Part shown: one piece after another, positions 49,314 to 61,645 of the stretch
How positions within the stretch are numbered: position 1 is the stretch's first letter
Layout: each line of letters begins with the position of its first letter
From: Lama guanicoe
Lineage: Eukaryota
Reading direction: 5' to 3'
NCBI GenBank assembly: GCA_013239625.1
Contig: MU056050.1
Location: forward strand, 7,021,838-7,085,837
Length of the DNA: 64,000 bases
Notes under the pieces: model-generated
What the model was told of the DNA's origin: nothing
What the model saw: the letters and a program-made list of their open reading frames with translations, nothing else
Database searches by the model: none
Position numbers and translations under genes: made by a program

Positions 49314-52300
49314 CTGAAAAAGTAAAGAGAGATTGATTTTATTACTGTTGGTTAATAATTTATGTAAATTTCCTCCAAATTTCTAGTCATTGAATCAGAT
49401 TCCAGCTTGTGCTTGCGAGTTTTTTTCCTCCCCAGCAATTCACGAACAAGATATGGTTTATTTTTTATCTAATCCCCCTAGTTAGCCTCCTAGTATTTAG
49501 CCCCTGGGTATAGGACATGCTCTATTACTCAGAGGCGTAGAATAAACACAAACAGCAGAATCGCTGCTGCATATAGTAACACCTACCTGATATTACCACT
49601 CTTGACATACCGGGGCCATGTTTGTTCTGTGGTGAGTTGAGAAGAGCATGAGGTTGGAAAGAGAGAGGATAGGCTAGTCCTTTCTGCCTGGCCTGCTTGA
49701 TCAGAGCTTTCTGATAATTCATTTTCTACCCTCCTCCTCAAAATTCCTAGTCTCTTCCCTGTGCCCCACAGTAGGAAATGATCTATGGATGATTATTAAC
49801 AATGGTAGATTAAAATAAAGTGTTTTCAAGCATATGTGATACCAAATTAGATGTAGCTCTTTTCTGGGTATCACAGTAGTCTATGTTCTAATCAAAATAA
49901 TTTATTATCACATACTACATGGAACCAAAATTATACCTTACTTAATTTAATCATGTAAATTATAGAATAATAACAAAGAGTCTTTAAAAATCAAGGCCTA
50001 AGACTAGTTCTGATTTATTTTCATACTTTCCTGCCTACATGGATCCCTTGCCTCTCTTCTTCTTGACCTTCTTAAAGGAACAATGGCACTCTATCTTCAT
50101 TTTTACTTGGCCTGCCCTTATATTATCAAATTTATTTCTTTCCCCAAGGCCTAACAATTCAATTTTGAGAAATATAGTCAGACTGTGAAATTACAACCTA
50201 ACCCCTAGAAGCAAAAGAAAACTATATAGGTCTCAGCAAGGTTTTGGCACCAATAGCCCACCCTCAGATAATACCTCTTTTGCAACATGGAACCTGGAAC
50301 ATGTATGCTAACATCAGTGACATAGTTCCTATCCTTTGGCTTCATTTATTTTTCTAAGACCCAGTTTCTTAGGCCAACTCTAGCCCAATTTCCTTTCTGG
50401 AGATCCTCTGCAGTCTAAAGCACCCAGATTCTTTTTTCTGCTCTACCTCATACCACAGGCAGCAAGAGGAGTCCTGTGCATTTGTTGCTACCTGTCCCCG
50501 CAGGCTTTCTGTCCCAAAGGCATGAATTTTGATAAAAGGAGACAGCACAGACCTGAGAACAAAACTAACCCCATAGATCAGAAAAGCCTCATATGAGACC
50601 AGTAGAAATCAGTTGTAATGATGGATACAATCTGCGACTTGCAATGAGCCCATGATCAGTTTCTCATTGGAGTCAGTTGAGCAGAAACATGCAAATGAAC
50701 TCAATGTTACGTTGGAAAGTTCCACCACAATTCTAGGAGTGCCATGATAGTCTATCCGCTTTTCCCTAGTCTTACGTGGTTTTCTCTGATAGTTGATGTT
50801 ACTAGAGTGAAGTGTCTAAGGTTTAGGTCATTTGTACTGCCAACCCTCTACTTCTTAAATAAAGATGGCAGTGATATTAATGACAATTAGTTCAGAAGCC
50901 CCAAAGATAAGGCATAGACTTTCACAGTTTAATTTGACATGTCATAAAACTATAAAAACCTTTCTGTTCCTGACCTTCTCCTCACTTTAATCCAGAAGAT
51001 ACCTGGCCAACCACCCCTTGAAGATTGTGACAAAACTAAATTTTAGCCTGCCTAATCCTTCTGAATATGAATTTTTAATCTAATTAGTGGTCTCCTACTG
51101 GTATCTCAGGCCTATAGCTTTGGGATGATGCCTGATACCTCTTGATCATATATATATGTAGTCCATTCTATTGTCAAATCCATTTACTCATTCCAGTAGT
51201 TGAATGTAATTTAAAAGGAGCACCATTGTATCCTAACATCAGTGTTCCAATCTGAGAAGCCAAAGACTGGGTAGTTCCATGGGTGGCCCTCCCTGTGCCT
51301 GACATTTTACCCACTGTCCTGTCCTCAATTCACTCTCTGGCATTGCTCATGTCTCCCTGCCTTTTCTCCTGATGCTCTGTGAAGCACAACTGAGGTCAGA
51401 AGCAGCGTTTTATTTATCTTGGTATCCCTCTAATACTCAGCACTATTCTTTCTACATAGTAGGTTCTCAAATTTTGATAGATAAATTCCCATTTAACATG
51501 TTTTAGATCTATGCATACTTCTCTGTACTCCAAACGAAGATCACTGTGCAGGTTACAAATCATTAGTGGACTTCTGCAGGCGGCATCTATTTAACTGTCT
51601 GCAATTTGTCCTACGTGATGATGTCGGAGGTGTGCAGTAGAGTTATTGATTTGATATCACATCCCTCCTCAAAACCACTGGACTGTCATCTAATGAATTA
51701 AATACAAACTGAGCACAATCTTCAGGGCAACAGACTCACTGCTTTCTTTACTCTGTTTCTCCTCTCATCTTCCATCCTAACCATAAGATCACACTCAGTA
51801 TCTATATGCAAAGCTTAATTATTACAACTGTTTACCCCGCCACTATCTTATTACATTTGCTTCCTCTTGTCCTGACTTCTTTGGTTCCTAATTCTATTTT
51901 ATTAAGCTTACTGTGTATGTCCTTTATGTTAGCATTAGAAAAAACAGAGAACTAAGGAGTTAAGGGAAGAGAAGAGAGCAGAGGTGAATGGTGGAACAGA
52001 CATGACGACTCCACAAGTTGAGTCCTGGGAAGCAAGGAGCTACATCAGAACAAGAGGACCAAGCCAAAGGCCTCGAACTCGTGTGTTCTCTGTAAGGTAA
52101 AGAAATGTGACATAGGTGTAATGGGCGGAGCCATATGAGTTGATGCTGTAGCTATGTTTTCTTGTGCTCTGGCCTGAAACTGTCCTAGGTATAGCTAAAA
52201 ATATTTAACCCTGTGTATTTCAGAGGAATGAGGGAGAAGCTCCAGGTCATGTGTAGAATTCTTCATCTTAGCTGATTTTTAATAAATGGGTATCCAGAGC

Positions 52301-53284
52301 ATTTGCTATTGAAAAGACTCAAGTGACTCTGTGGTTCTGTAGTCTAAGGTGGGGGTGGGGACAAGAGGAAGAGGGAGGAAGGAATTGACACTATATAAAA
52401 CTATGCATAATCATTATTCTCTCATCTTTATTTCTTGAAACTATCTTGATACTGAGCTGGTCAGTTTCTTTCCTTCAGCATCCTTGTCTCCCATGAGCCC
52501 TGAGTAAATCAGACAAACTGACTTCTATCACCTCTAGCTCAAAATCATTTTCTAAAAAGTTTGGTCTGAATGTCAACACCATTTACCACCATACACTACT
52601 TCGCTTTACCCAACCATTTTCATCAGAGTTTGGGATTAAAAAAGTATCCTGATCCTCTTTTGGTTTGTTGACTGTTTGAAAGATGACAGTGTTGGATATG
52701 TATATTCTATATGCATGAAATATTATTCAAGTCTGCGGGGACTAGGACATCAGCAGAATAGGTGGCCACCAAGATCTGAGGGCTGAAAAGCCCCCAGGCC
52801 AAAAAAAATCTTCACTGGCCTTTATTTTGCATCATTAGACATTGATTACTTTGGATTACAGTGCAAATATCCTTAGGAAGGGGTAACAGATTAAGTCCCT
52901 AATACTATATAGTAAACTAATTTATCATCATTAGAAAACCAATAACCTCCAAAGGCACAAATAATGCATGTTTGAATGGGGAGAGAGGAAAAGAATAGAT
53001 CCAGATCCCAGAATAAGCAGTGCTACCTTAAAAGGGAGTAAAGGTACTGTATATTAGAGGGCACAAAACTAAAGTGAGAACAAAGAGAGGAGGAGGTGGA
53101 AGAGCACGAATGATTACCTTTGCCTACTTTACGATTTTAGCTTAGTCCTGAGATGTTGCAAAAGATGAGAGTGTCACTACATACAAGCAAAACTACAAGA
53201 ATGGAGGATTCATGCAGCACTCCTGTGTAATTATTTAAATGTTAATTTAAAATAATACATTATCATGTTTCCTTAGATACTTAC

Positions 53285-53321
53285 TCAGTTGATGAGTTGT
53301 GAGAAGGGATGATTTCATGAA
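53285..53321 (-). CDS. FSIP2L: FSIP2-like internal exon (37 nt, phase 1 to 2)
   Basis: cactgcAG|TT CAT GAA ATC ATC CCT TCT CAC AAC TCA TCA ACT GA|GTAAGT; bridges the phases of the flanking exons. Confidence 0.6.
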
Positions 53322-54374
53322 CTGCAGTGTATTTTCAGAGAGAAAAATAAAATTACTATTTGTTGGCATCCTTCACAAGCTACTTGTAAAATGGTAATTA
53401 ACATATCTTAATAGGTCTTTTATTCTATGCTGTCACTGCTCTGCTTAAATCCTCCAGGGACTACTAGGGGGCATAAAATATAACTTAAGATCTGGGCCAA
53501 TTGCCTACCTCACCAGCCTTATCTCTGGTCAGTATTCTATGTATATTCTATGCTCCAGAGATACTGAACAACACGCAATTCCCTTTGCCTCTGCTCTCAC
53601 TATTTCCTTTGTAACTCTAGTGTTCCTCTTTTAAATTTGTCATCCTTTGGGACTCATTCAGCTTGTGTCACCTCCTTCAGAGAGCCTTCCTTAATACCTG
53701 ACTAGGAAGACAGGCATTCTCTGTCAATGCTTCTGAAGCACCCTATACATCCTTCTGTTATAAGACTTCCTATGCTGTATTGTGATTACTGTTTTACAGT
53801 GCCTGGTATATAGTAAGCACTCAGTAACACTTATTTGTTGAATTAATTCTTTAACACACATGTTGGTTCAATGTTTGTTCATCAGTCTGCCTATCATTAA
53901 TCTCTCCCCACTCAAATACTGTTTAACATGTTTTATATGCCATCTTGCAAAGTTCTGTAAGTAGATTTTAGTAACTATTTCCAGATAATTATACTAACGC
54001 AAGTCTTCATGTAGAATACGTTCCTAAGAATACTGGGATGGTGTATGTCAATTATGCACATACATGAATAAACAGTCTTAGACAAACAGAATACTTTGAA
54101 TAATAGACAGTAGCATTATCAATTAGAGCCAGTTCAAAGTCAAGGTGAATTGCTATTTATTTTTCTCCCAATAAATGTAAAGTGTATTGTGAGTAACCAA
54201 TAAATTCCAATGATCTGCTTAAAAGTTTTACTTAAATTCTATGTACCTTCTTGAGTTTCCTTTGTGTATATATATGTTTTTGAGTATGTTTTAGAGTGTG
54301 TACAGATTTGGAAAGGAAGGAGCTGGAATTAATAGTGCACAAACCTGAAAAAAAAGTATGAAGATAATACTATT

Positions 54375-54877
54375 TTGGCAGTTTTAAAATATGTCTACAA
54401 ATTCTTTGATAATACTTCCTCTAAGTGGTAGAGGTTAATTCTTTTCCCCTTACGTGCAGGTTGGATTTACTGACTTGTTTCAAAGGAATATACAGTGGAA
54501 GTGATGCTGTATAACTTCTGAGACTAGGTTATAAAATATACTGTGGCTTCAGCCCCTCTCTCTTGGATCACACACTCTAGGGGAAGCCAGATGCCATATC
54601 ATGAGGATACTCAAGAGATGTATGGTAAGCATGTCCTGCAACAGCCAGGTATGTGAGTAAGCCACCTTGGAAGTGTATCCTCCAGTCCCAGTCAAGCTTT
54701 TAGATGACTACAGCAGCCCTGAATGACATCTTGACCTAACCTCAAGAGAGACTCTGAATCAGAACAATCCAGCTAAGTTGCTCCTGTATTCCTAACCACA
54801 GAAACTGTGAGATAATGTTTTTTAAAGCTGCCAAGTTTTGGGGTGATTTGTTACTCAGCAATAGATAATTAATGCAA
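54375..54877 (+). mobile_element. MaLR solo LTR (MLT1F-like)
   Basis: tctacaaattctttgat...ggaagtgatgctgtataacttctgagactaggtt...cacagaaactgtgagataat...gctgccaagttttggggtgatttgttactcagcaatagataat. Confidence 0.8.
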
Positions 54878-54949
54878 TAGTTAAAAAAATAAGGAACTCT
54901 TCTATGGTTTCTAGCAACATGGCAGATTATATATCCTAATGAGCCTAAC

Positions 54950-55410
54950 CATGTAAAACCTATTAGAAAAGCAATGGGAATTTGGTAAAAATACAATTAT
55001 AGTTTAGAACTTCAATACACCTCCTTGATGGCTGGACACATCTAGTGGACAGTAAGAAAAGAGTCTAGTAGACAAAAAGATCAGTAAAGATATGCAATAA
55101 TTGAATAATATGAACAATAAATATAATTTAAAATTTATTTGGAGCCTTACATCCTTCAAATAGAGAATATACATTCTTTGGTATGTCCATGGAACACATT
55201 CAAATATCAATCACATAGAAAGAAAGAAAAGAAAAGAAAAGAAAAGAAAAGAAAAGAAAAGAAAAGAAAAGAAAAGAAAAGAAAATTCTTAACAACTTCA
55301 ATGTGTTAAAGATTTACATTCTCTGAACCTAGTTTAAAAATTGTGACCCCAAATCTTAATTTCTTGATAATTAAGAAACATACTTATGGATAACTCTTAG
55401 GTCAAAGAGG
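54950..55410 (+). mobile_element. Old L1 ORF2 (endonuclease region) fragment
   Basis: aatacaattatagt...acttcaatacacctcc...agacaaaaagatcagtaaagata...agaatatacattcttt...catggaacacatt. Confidence 0.6.
55218..55285. repeat. (GAAAA)n pentanucleotide microsatellite
   Basis: 12 perfect gaaaa units (55226-55285) preceded by two gaaa units. Confidence 0.95.
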
Positions 55411-55479
55411 GAAGGGAACAGCTTTTGTTATTTCCCATTTTCCCATAGGTTTTGATATAAGGCATTCTTTTTATTGCTT

Positions 55480-56410
55480 CTCCCATGAGTCCCAGACCAA
55501 TATCTATAACTGCCTACTTGACTGTTCTACTTAGATGTCCCACTTGGATGCTCTCAGGCACCTCAAACTCAATACATTCAAAGCTGAACTAAGTTTTTCT
55601 CTTCCAGACTTGTTCATCCTTCTGTATTGCCTATCTACTGAATGGCACCACTATTCACTATCCATTAAGTTGCCCAGTCCAGAAATCTGGGTGTTGTTTT
55701 CAATTCACTCTTCTCCCATATTCAATCAGTTACCAGATCTCATCCATTCGACCTTCTTAGTCTGAGTCAAATCTGTGCCCAGTTCTTCATCCTCACTGTC
55801 ACTGACTTTGTTCAGGACTTATTTCTAGGCTTGACTATTGTAAACAGCCTCTTTAACTGTAGTGAGAGGCAGTATGGTATTGCAGTTAGGATTGGTTGAG
55901 CAAGATTGACCTGGGTTAAAACCCAGGCTTTGCCACATATTATGTGAAATCTTGGGCGCTCTGAGACTTAGTTTACATATGTGTAAAATGAGGATAAAAA
56001 TAGTTTTACTGTCAGGAGGGTTAAATGAGAGAATATAGAGTTTAGCATAGTACCTGGTACATAGTAATACACTATGCTCTAATGCAAAATAACTTGGTAA
56101 ATATATTCCCTTCTCCTGGAAGGTTCTCCTTCCATTTGTCTGCTTAGAAAATTCTTTCTCATCCTTCATGTTCAGCTCAACTGGGGCCTCTTCTGTAAAA
56201 GCTTCCTTGGCTTTGCTATGCTTCCACTGCACTTTGTATATACTTCCTCTCTTACACTGATCATATTGGGTTGTGATTACTGGCTTGACTGTTCTCCATT
56301 AAACTGTAAAATCCAGTCTAGGGACCATGGCTTTTCTACTTTGTATGTTCAATAATTAACACAGTACATGCAATGTAGCAAAAGCTCAATAAATGTTAGT
56401 TGAATGAACG
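55480..56410. mobile_element. L2 fragments with an intervening MIR (~55860-56080)
   Basis: aactgcctacttgac...ctcaggcacctcaaactcaa...aatggcaccactattcac; MIR gaggcagtatggt...tgtgtaaaatgaggataaaaata; L2 end ctcaataaatgttagttgaatgaa. Confidence 0.7.
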
Positions 56411-56466
56411 CATTAATGGATTGCAAGATTTCCTTAATAACTATTGCTAATGTTTATCTGACTTAC

Positions 56467-56518
56467 AGTTTACAGTTGTTTTCTTGGCCTTCTTCCCATT
56501 CAAATCAGCATCTGTTAC
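56467..56518 (-). CDS. FSIP2L: FSIP2-like internal exon (52 nt, phase 0 to 1)
   Basis: gcatatatAG|GTA ACA GAT GCT GAT TTG AAT GGG...GTA AAC T|GTAAGT; encodes VTDADLNGKKAKKTTVN. Confidence 0.7.
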
Positions 56519-58616
56519 CTATATATGCCACAAGGAAAAGAAAATCCTCAAAGGAGTTTTCAAAGAATTTGAACATCAGCTATTTCTCACAGGAGTTTAA
56601 TAAACTGATTTAAAAGTCATTTTATAATAAATGTACATGTTTTATTTGGTTTACATTATATATTACTTATGGAATTCATAATATACTAAATTAACTGACG
56701 AATGTACTGATCAGCATGGAAGGTAATCGGCTGAATAACTAAAAAAAAAAATGTGTGGGTTTTAAAGAAAGTTAACAATAGGGGAAATGTTTTGAGAGCG
56801 CTGGAAGGCAGAGAGCAGGTTTTCTCATATGTGGGATGTGACTCTTTGATTTGGCCAAGAGCTCTACCTGCTTAGGTAATTATTCAGGAAGATAAATCTA
56901 ATGCAGTAGACCTCATTTGTTTTCCAAGTCTGAGAGCTGAACACAAGCCACCAGAAGTACCTTTCCTGACACTGATGGGATGGGAGAAAAAAGCTGGAAA
57001 ACAGTGTTGGGTTCTACTGTAATAAAAGTGGTCATGTTATTTCTCAAAATAAATTAGGTATTTGTGACCATTTGATGTACTCATATTGTCCAATGTATTT
57101 TAAAGCTTTCTTTAAAAACAGATGGTCTAAATTTGTTTATTGCCTTTTTTGGTGGGGGCAGGTAACATGTACTATTAAGTTTGCCATCCATACTACACTT
57201 AGTAATACTTTTTTCTTCTGACACTACAGTGAGGCTAGTGAAAAAATTAATTCCTGGTGTGCAACTACTAGACTATCTCAAAGTAGTTAAGAAGATTCTT
57301 TTTTCAGATACTGAGCATACCGATTATGGATACACAGCAGCAAAGTGCCCCGGACTCAGCAGGAGTTTCATAAATATTTCTTTATACAGTGAAGCATATT
57401 GTGGCTAACATGCTGCATTTGAGCAGCATATATCATTGAGTCTGTCACTTACTATGCTTTTTAACATAGGATATGGCAAAGGATGTCAGTTTCTACCTTA
57501 GCTGTGTAGAATTCATTTGGGAAAACTTTAGTGAATGTCCTGCTTGATAACATCTCTTTCAAACCATGTTAACTTTTTAAAACAGCTGAGCTAGTTAACA
57601 CAGTGCTAATGGAGCCAAGGACATAGATTTTTAAAAAAATTTTTTCCATTTAATAAGATTATTTTATTTTTGTAAAGAAATTTTAAATACATATAAATTC
57701 TGAATTTCAAGTGTTTATTTTACTAAACTAACAAACACTGGCATTTCAGGTGGAAGAGATCAGCCACAATTTAGTATCACTACTGGAGCCGAGGCCTCAT
57801 CTTTAGGTCCCAAAGCACTTGCAATGGTTGAAGATCTAAAGGACATTTTCCGGACAGAGCAGAGGGGGTAAAGCAGGAAGGCAGGGCTGTATCACGGGAA
57901 GAAGGGGCCCATCAGAAGGATGTGGATTTGATTCTTATGACGAACGACAAATTGGCAACCCACAGAGGCGATATATGTTGTGACCAGAGGCTGAACCCTG
58001 AATGCCTGTTGCCAATTTCCCACCATCAGATGAGTGACCACTGATCATAAAGGGGATAGAGTGAGGCTGGATGTCTCTGCACAACCCACCAGCACTAGAA
58101 GAGAAATGATTCACAAAAGCCCAATTTGTTGCTTCTTCTGCAGGGCACAGGTATCGACCTTGAAGCTCCTAAAGCTCATTATTTGGGAAGCCTATAACCC
58201 AAGGGCTAAAGAGGAACATTCAAGTTGTTTCTAGTGAATCTCTATTAAGAATTGAGACAAATATTCACATTTTGGATCCATTTAACATATTTAAAATCTC
58301 AGCCTCACCAATTTTCTTTTGCTAGCTTACAACTTGTTACTGATAGTCCCTATCAGTAGCTAACGTCCAGGCCAGCCTTGGGAGCTGGGAAAAGGATGTA
58401 TTTTTAGTCCCTATACTTAGAGTATGGCAACACTAACATAACTGATGGCTATGAGAGTCAGAAGTCTGAAGTAGCACAGGATTATTTCTGTGAGTTTGCA
58501 TTTCAGTTTTTATAAAATCTTACTATAGAGTGGTTAATTTCAGGGAACAAAGCTGTTCTTAACTGTCATTTAATGAATAAAACTGTGTTATGCTAATCTT
58601 GATCATAACTTCATAC

Positions 58617-58753
58617 TTCGTTTGTTTCATCTATATCTGGGACAAAAGAAACGTTACTTGCCTCTCGATTCGAAATATGCCGTGGAGTGTGTCTATAGAC
58701 ATTTGCTGTTTTAGCAGAAACATCTGGAGCTTGAAGTGAAGTGCTTGTAGTTT
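58617..58753 (-). CDS. FSIP2L: FSIP2-like internal exon (phase 1 to 0; 137 nt to GT donor, or 92 nt to GC donor at 58662)
   Basis: Strong acceptor tctcttctttcccccAG|AA ACT ACA AGC. Open frame ETTSTSLQAPDVSAKTANVYRHTPRHISNRE(ASNVSFVPDIDETNE). Two phase-0 donors: GAG|GCAAGT and GAA|GTATGA. Confidence 0.65.
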
Positions 58754-59019
58754 CTGGGGGAAAGAAGAGAACCTTTAAATATGAAAAAATGATATAGTTC
58801 TTGCTGGGCTGCCATAATGTCTAGAAATACCATAGCCAAGGATGCATTTATTTATAGAAGTTCAGGCAGTATCTCCAAGTATAAGATGCTTTTTTTGAAG
58901 TCCCCTACTTACAAGCTTCTAGTGGCTCACCACAGCCCTCTGGGGGACAAGCCTGAACTCCCTAACTTCTGACCCTAAATTACTTCACCAGCATAATCTC
59001 CCTCTACTCCCCCACCCTA

Positions 59020-59460
59020 GAGTGAACTGTTCTGCACTTTATTCAGTAGGCAAAGGGGAACCACCGAGGACTTTTGGGTAGAGAAATTATATGTCCAAAG
59101 CTGTATTTCATGAAGATTACATTCACAGCAGGATGTAGGAGAGATTAATAGGAAGAAGAGGAGACTGGAGGCAAATTATTGCAGAACTTAAGGGCATGGG
59201 TGGTATGAATGAAAAGGAAGGGAAGCTTATAAGAGAATTTAAGAAGGTAGATTGGACAGAAGGTGGCAACTTTTGGATATAGAATATGAGCAATAGGAAA
59301 GATTCAAAGATGACTCAGGTTTTGTGCCTGAATAAAATTAGGAGGAATAGAGAACAGGTTTGGGAGTGACCAGAAGATGATGAATTTGGTTTTGTGCATA
59401 CTGGATTTGAGGTGCTCGTGGGCCACTCAGGTGGAGATGTCCTAGTACTCTTGGACACTG
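59020..59460. mobile_element. L2 fragment
   Basis: agactggaggc...aagaaggtagattggacag...caaagatgactcaggtttt...gatgatgaatttggttttg...ggatttgaggtgc...caggtggagatgtcc. Confidence 0.6.
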
Positions 59461-59898
59461 TGTGCAGGATATGAGTGGGAATATTTTGCAGAGACTAACA
59501 GAGACTTAACTAACCTCCAGGCCAGCTCTGGGAGCTAGGAAAAGGATGTATTTTTATGTTTTGGGAGAAAGGATGGCATGAGAGTGTAGAGACCTTCCTG
59601 GGGAGAATTCTCTGACAGGGGTTCCCTAACCATAGTATGTCAGGAACTTATATAGGAAGCCACAGCAGAGACTCTAACTTCTCCACAATTTCTTTGCAAA
59701 TTCCAAAGGGCCTATTCACCCAGGAATCACTCAAAAATGTGGGATACTAATATTTACAATCATGAATACTTTTTATATCTTCCTTTATCAAAATAATCAT
59801 AGACTTTTATAATCAGGGAAAAAGTATAACTTTGAAAACTATATGACAAAACTAATTATTTAACTGAAAGATATTATAAACACTGTTCATTTTCTTAC

Positions 59899-59944
59899 CT
59901 TTGTCATTTAAAGAATATGATGTTCTAATCATTCTTCTATCTTT
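59899..59944 (-). CDS. FSIP2L: FSIP2-like internal exon (46 nt, phase 0 to 1)
   Basis: catacAG|AAA GAT AGA...AAT GAC AAA G|GTAAGA; encodes KDRRMIRTSYSLNDK. Confidence 0.7.
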
Positions 59945-60562
59945 CTGTATGGTTTAACGTTAAAGAAAAAAACATTAATCACTAATTAGCCTTCTAAAAG
60001 AAGCTTTTGCTGACCCTAGAGCAATGAAATTAATACAGTATCTCCCCCTTCCCCCCACCCTCTACCTCTCTCCTAAACTCTGGTCTCAATGCTAACACAT
60101 ATTATCAACCTCTTACTGGGTACCTTTTCCAGGTACCTAAACTTAACTAGTTTAAAATGACACTTATCATGTACCTAGGTACTCCCATTTTTCCAAACTT
60201 GCTACTCTGTCTCTCATATTTTGGTTAAAAGCAAAACAATCTATCCAGTGCTCCATTCTAGAAAGCTTAGAGTTGTTCCATTTATTTCAGATAAGGCCAG
60301 TCTAATCTGATATAATGCTTATTGAGTATACTGCATGGAACTGACATAAGATATGTAATTCCTGACCTCAAGAAGTTTATCATCCTGTAGAACAGACAAA
60401 TATGATGGAGTACAATGAGTTCTGAGATAGGAGGTAAGCCTGAGCACCATGGGAGCACAGAGAAAAGACAGCCCACTTCAAGAAAACCTATATACAAAAA
60501 TTCAATCTTCTCCTTTTCCTCCTCCTCCTCCTTCTTCATCCTCCTCATCATCTCCCTTTCTC

Positions 60563-60638
60563 TGGATCCAGGCATCTATTGAGTCACTAAATCCTGACAT
60601 AGTGGATCCAGGCATCTATTGAGTCACATAATCCTGAC
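60563..60638. repeat. Two-copy tandem duplication, 40-bp period
   Basis: tggatccaggcatctattgagtcac(taa/ata)atcctgac at 60563-60598 and 60603-60638. Confidence 0.9.
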
Positions 60639-61451
60639 TCTGAAATATCTTAAATCTGGGCCTCTGGTTCACCCTCATTGTCACTGCCTTTGTTTGGGGC
60701 TTTATCATTTTTATCTGACTGTCCCAGTAGACTCAACACTATCTTGTCTTTAGTCTCTTCTATGTATTTATCTCACACACTGCAGCCAGATATCTTTTGA
60801 AACCCAAATCATTCTGATTACACATTGCTACTCAAAAACTTGCTATGGTTCCCTACTACTGAGAGAATAAATTCATACTTCAGCAAGGTATACCAAGCTC
60901 TGACTTCAACCTACCTTTTTCATACTCCTCTCCTGCACTGCCCTGGCTTTGCTGGCTTGAACATTCATGCTTTCACTTATCACTTTAAGTCTGTCTGCAA
61001 CACTCCCTCACTATATGCTCATCATCTGGAAACTTCCCACTCACGTTTTAAGACCTACTTCAATTAAGCCCTCTTTTTATAAAGCTTTTTTAGATTTCTC
61101 CAGGTAGGACTATTTTCTAAATCTTCTGTACTTCCACATTGTGAACAAATCAAAACTTTCTTCTCATTTGACTGTAAAGACTTTTGTTTATGTGTGTCTG
61201 ATCCCTGAATGGTGAGTCCTCAAGAGCAGTGATGATGTCTTTTCCATCTTTGTATGTCACCTACTTTCCCCCTTTTCCCTTCCTTCCAGTTTAGCACAGG
61301 ACCTGGCCCACAGCAGTTCTCAATAAATGTCAGCTATCATCATCATCATCAAATTATTTGTTAGTTTCTGCTCAACTACATGGCACATTTAGCATGAAGC
61401 TGACACAGAACCTTCTCTACCAGGGAGAGGGTCCAGACCTATGTAGAACCC

Positions 61452-61541
61452 CATTATTTCTTTTTTTTAAATTTTTTTTCTTTTTTTTTTTAACATTTTT
61501 ATTGATTTATAATCATTTTACAGTGTTGTGTCATTATTTCT
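61452..61541 (-). mobile_element. Ultra-short L1 3' insertion with 10-bp TSD
   Basis: TSD cattatttct at 61452-61461 and 61532-61541 encloses a T-rich tail plus ~40 bp aacatttttattgatttataatcattttacagtgttgtgt. Confidence 0.85.
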
Positions 61542-61645
61542 AACCAGTCAGTACCATGCCTGTGAAAGGGCTCTCCTATAGAAAGAAAAGTTAACCAGAT
61601 AAATGAATGATCATCACGAAGCACCTGGGACATACAATTTTCTAC

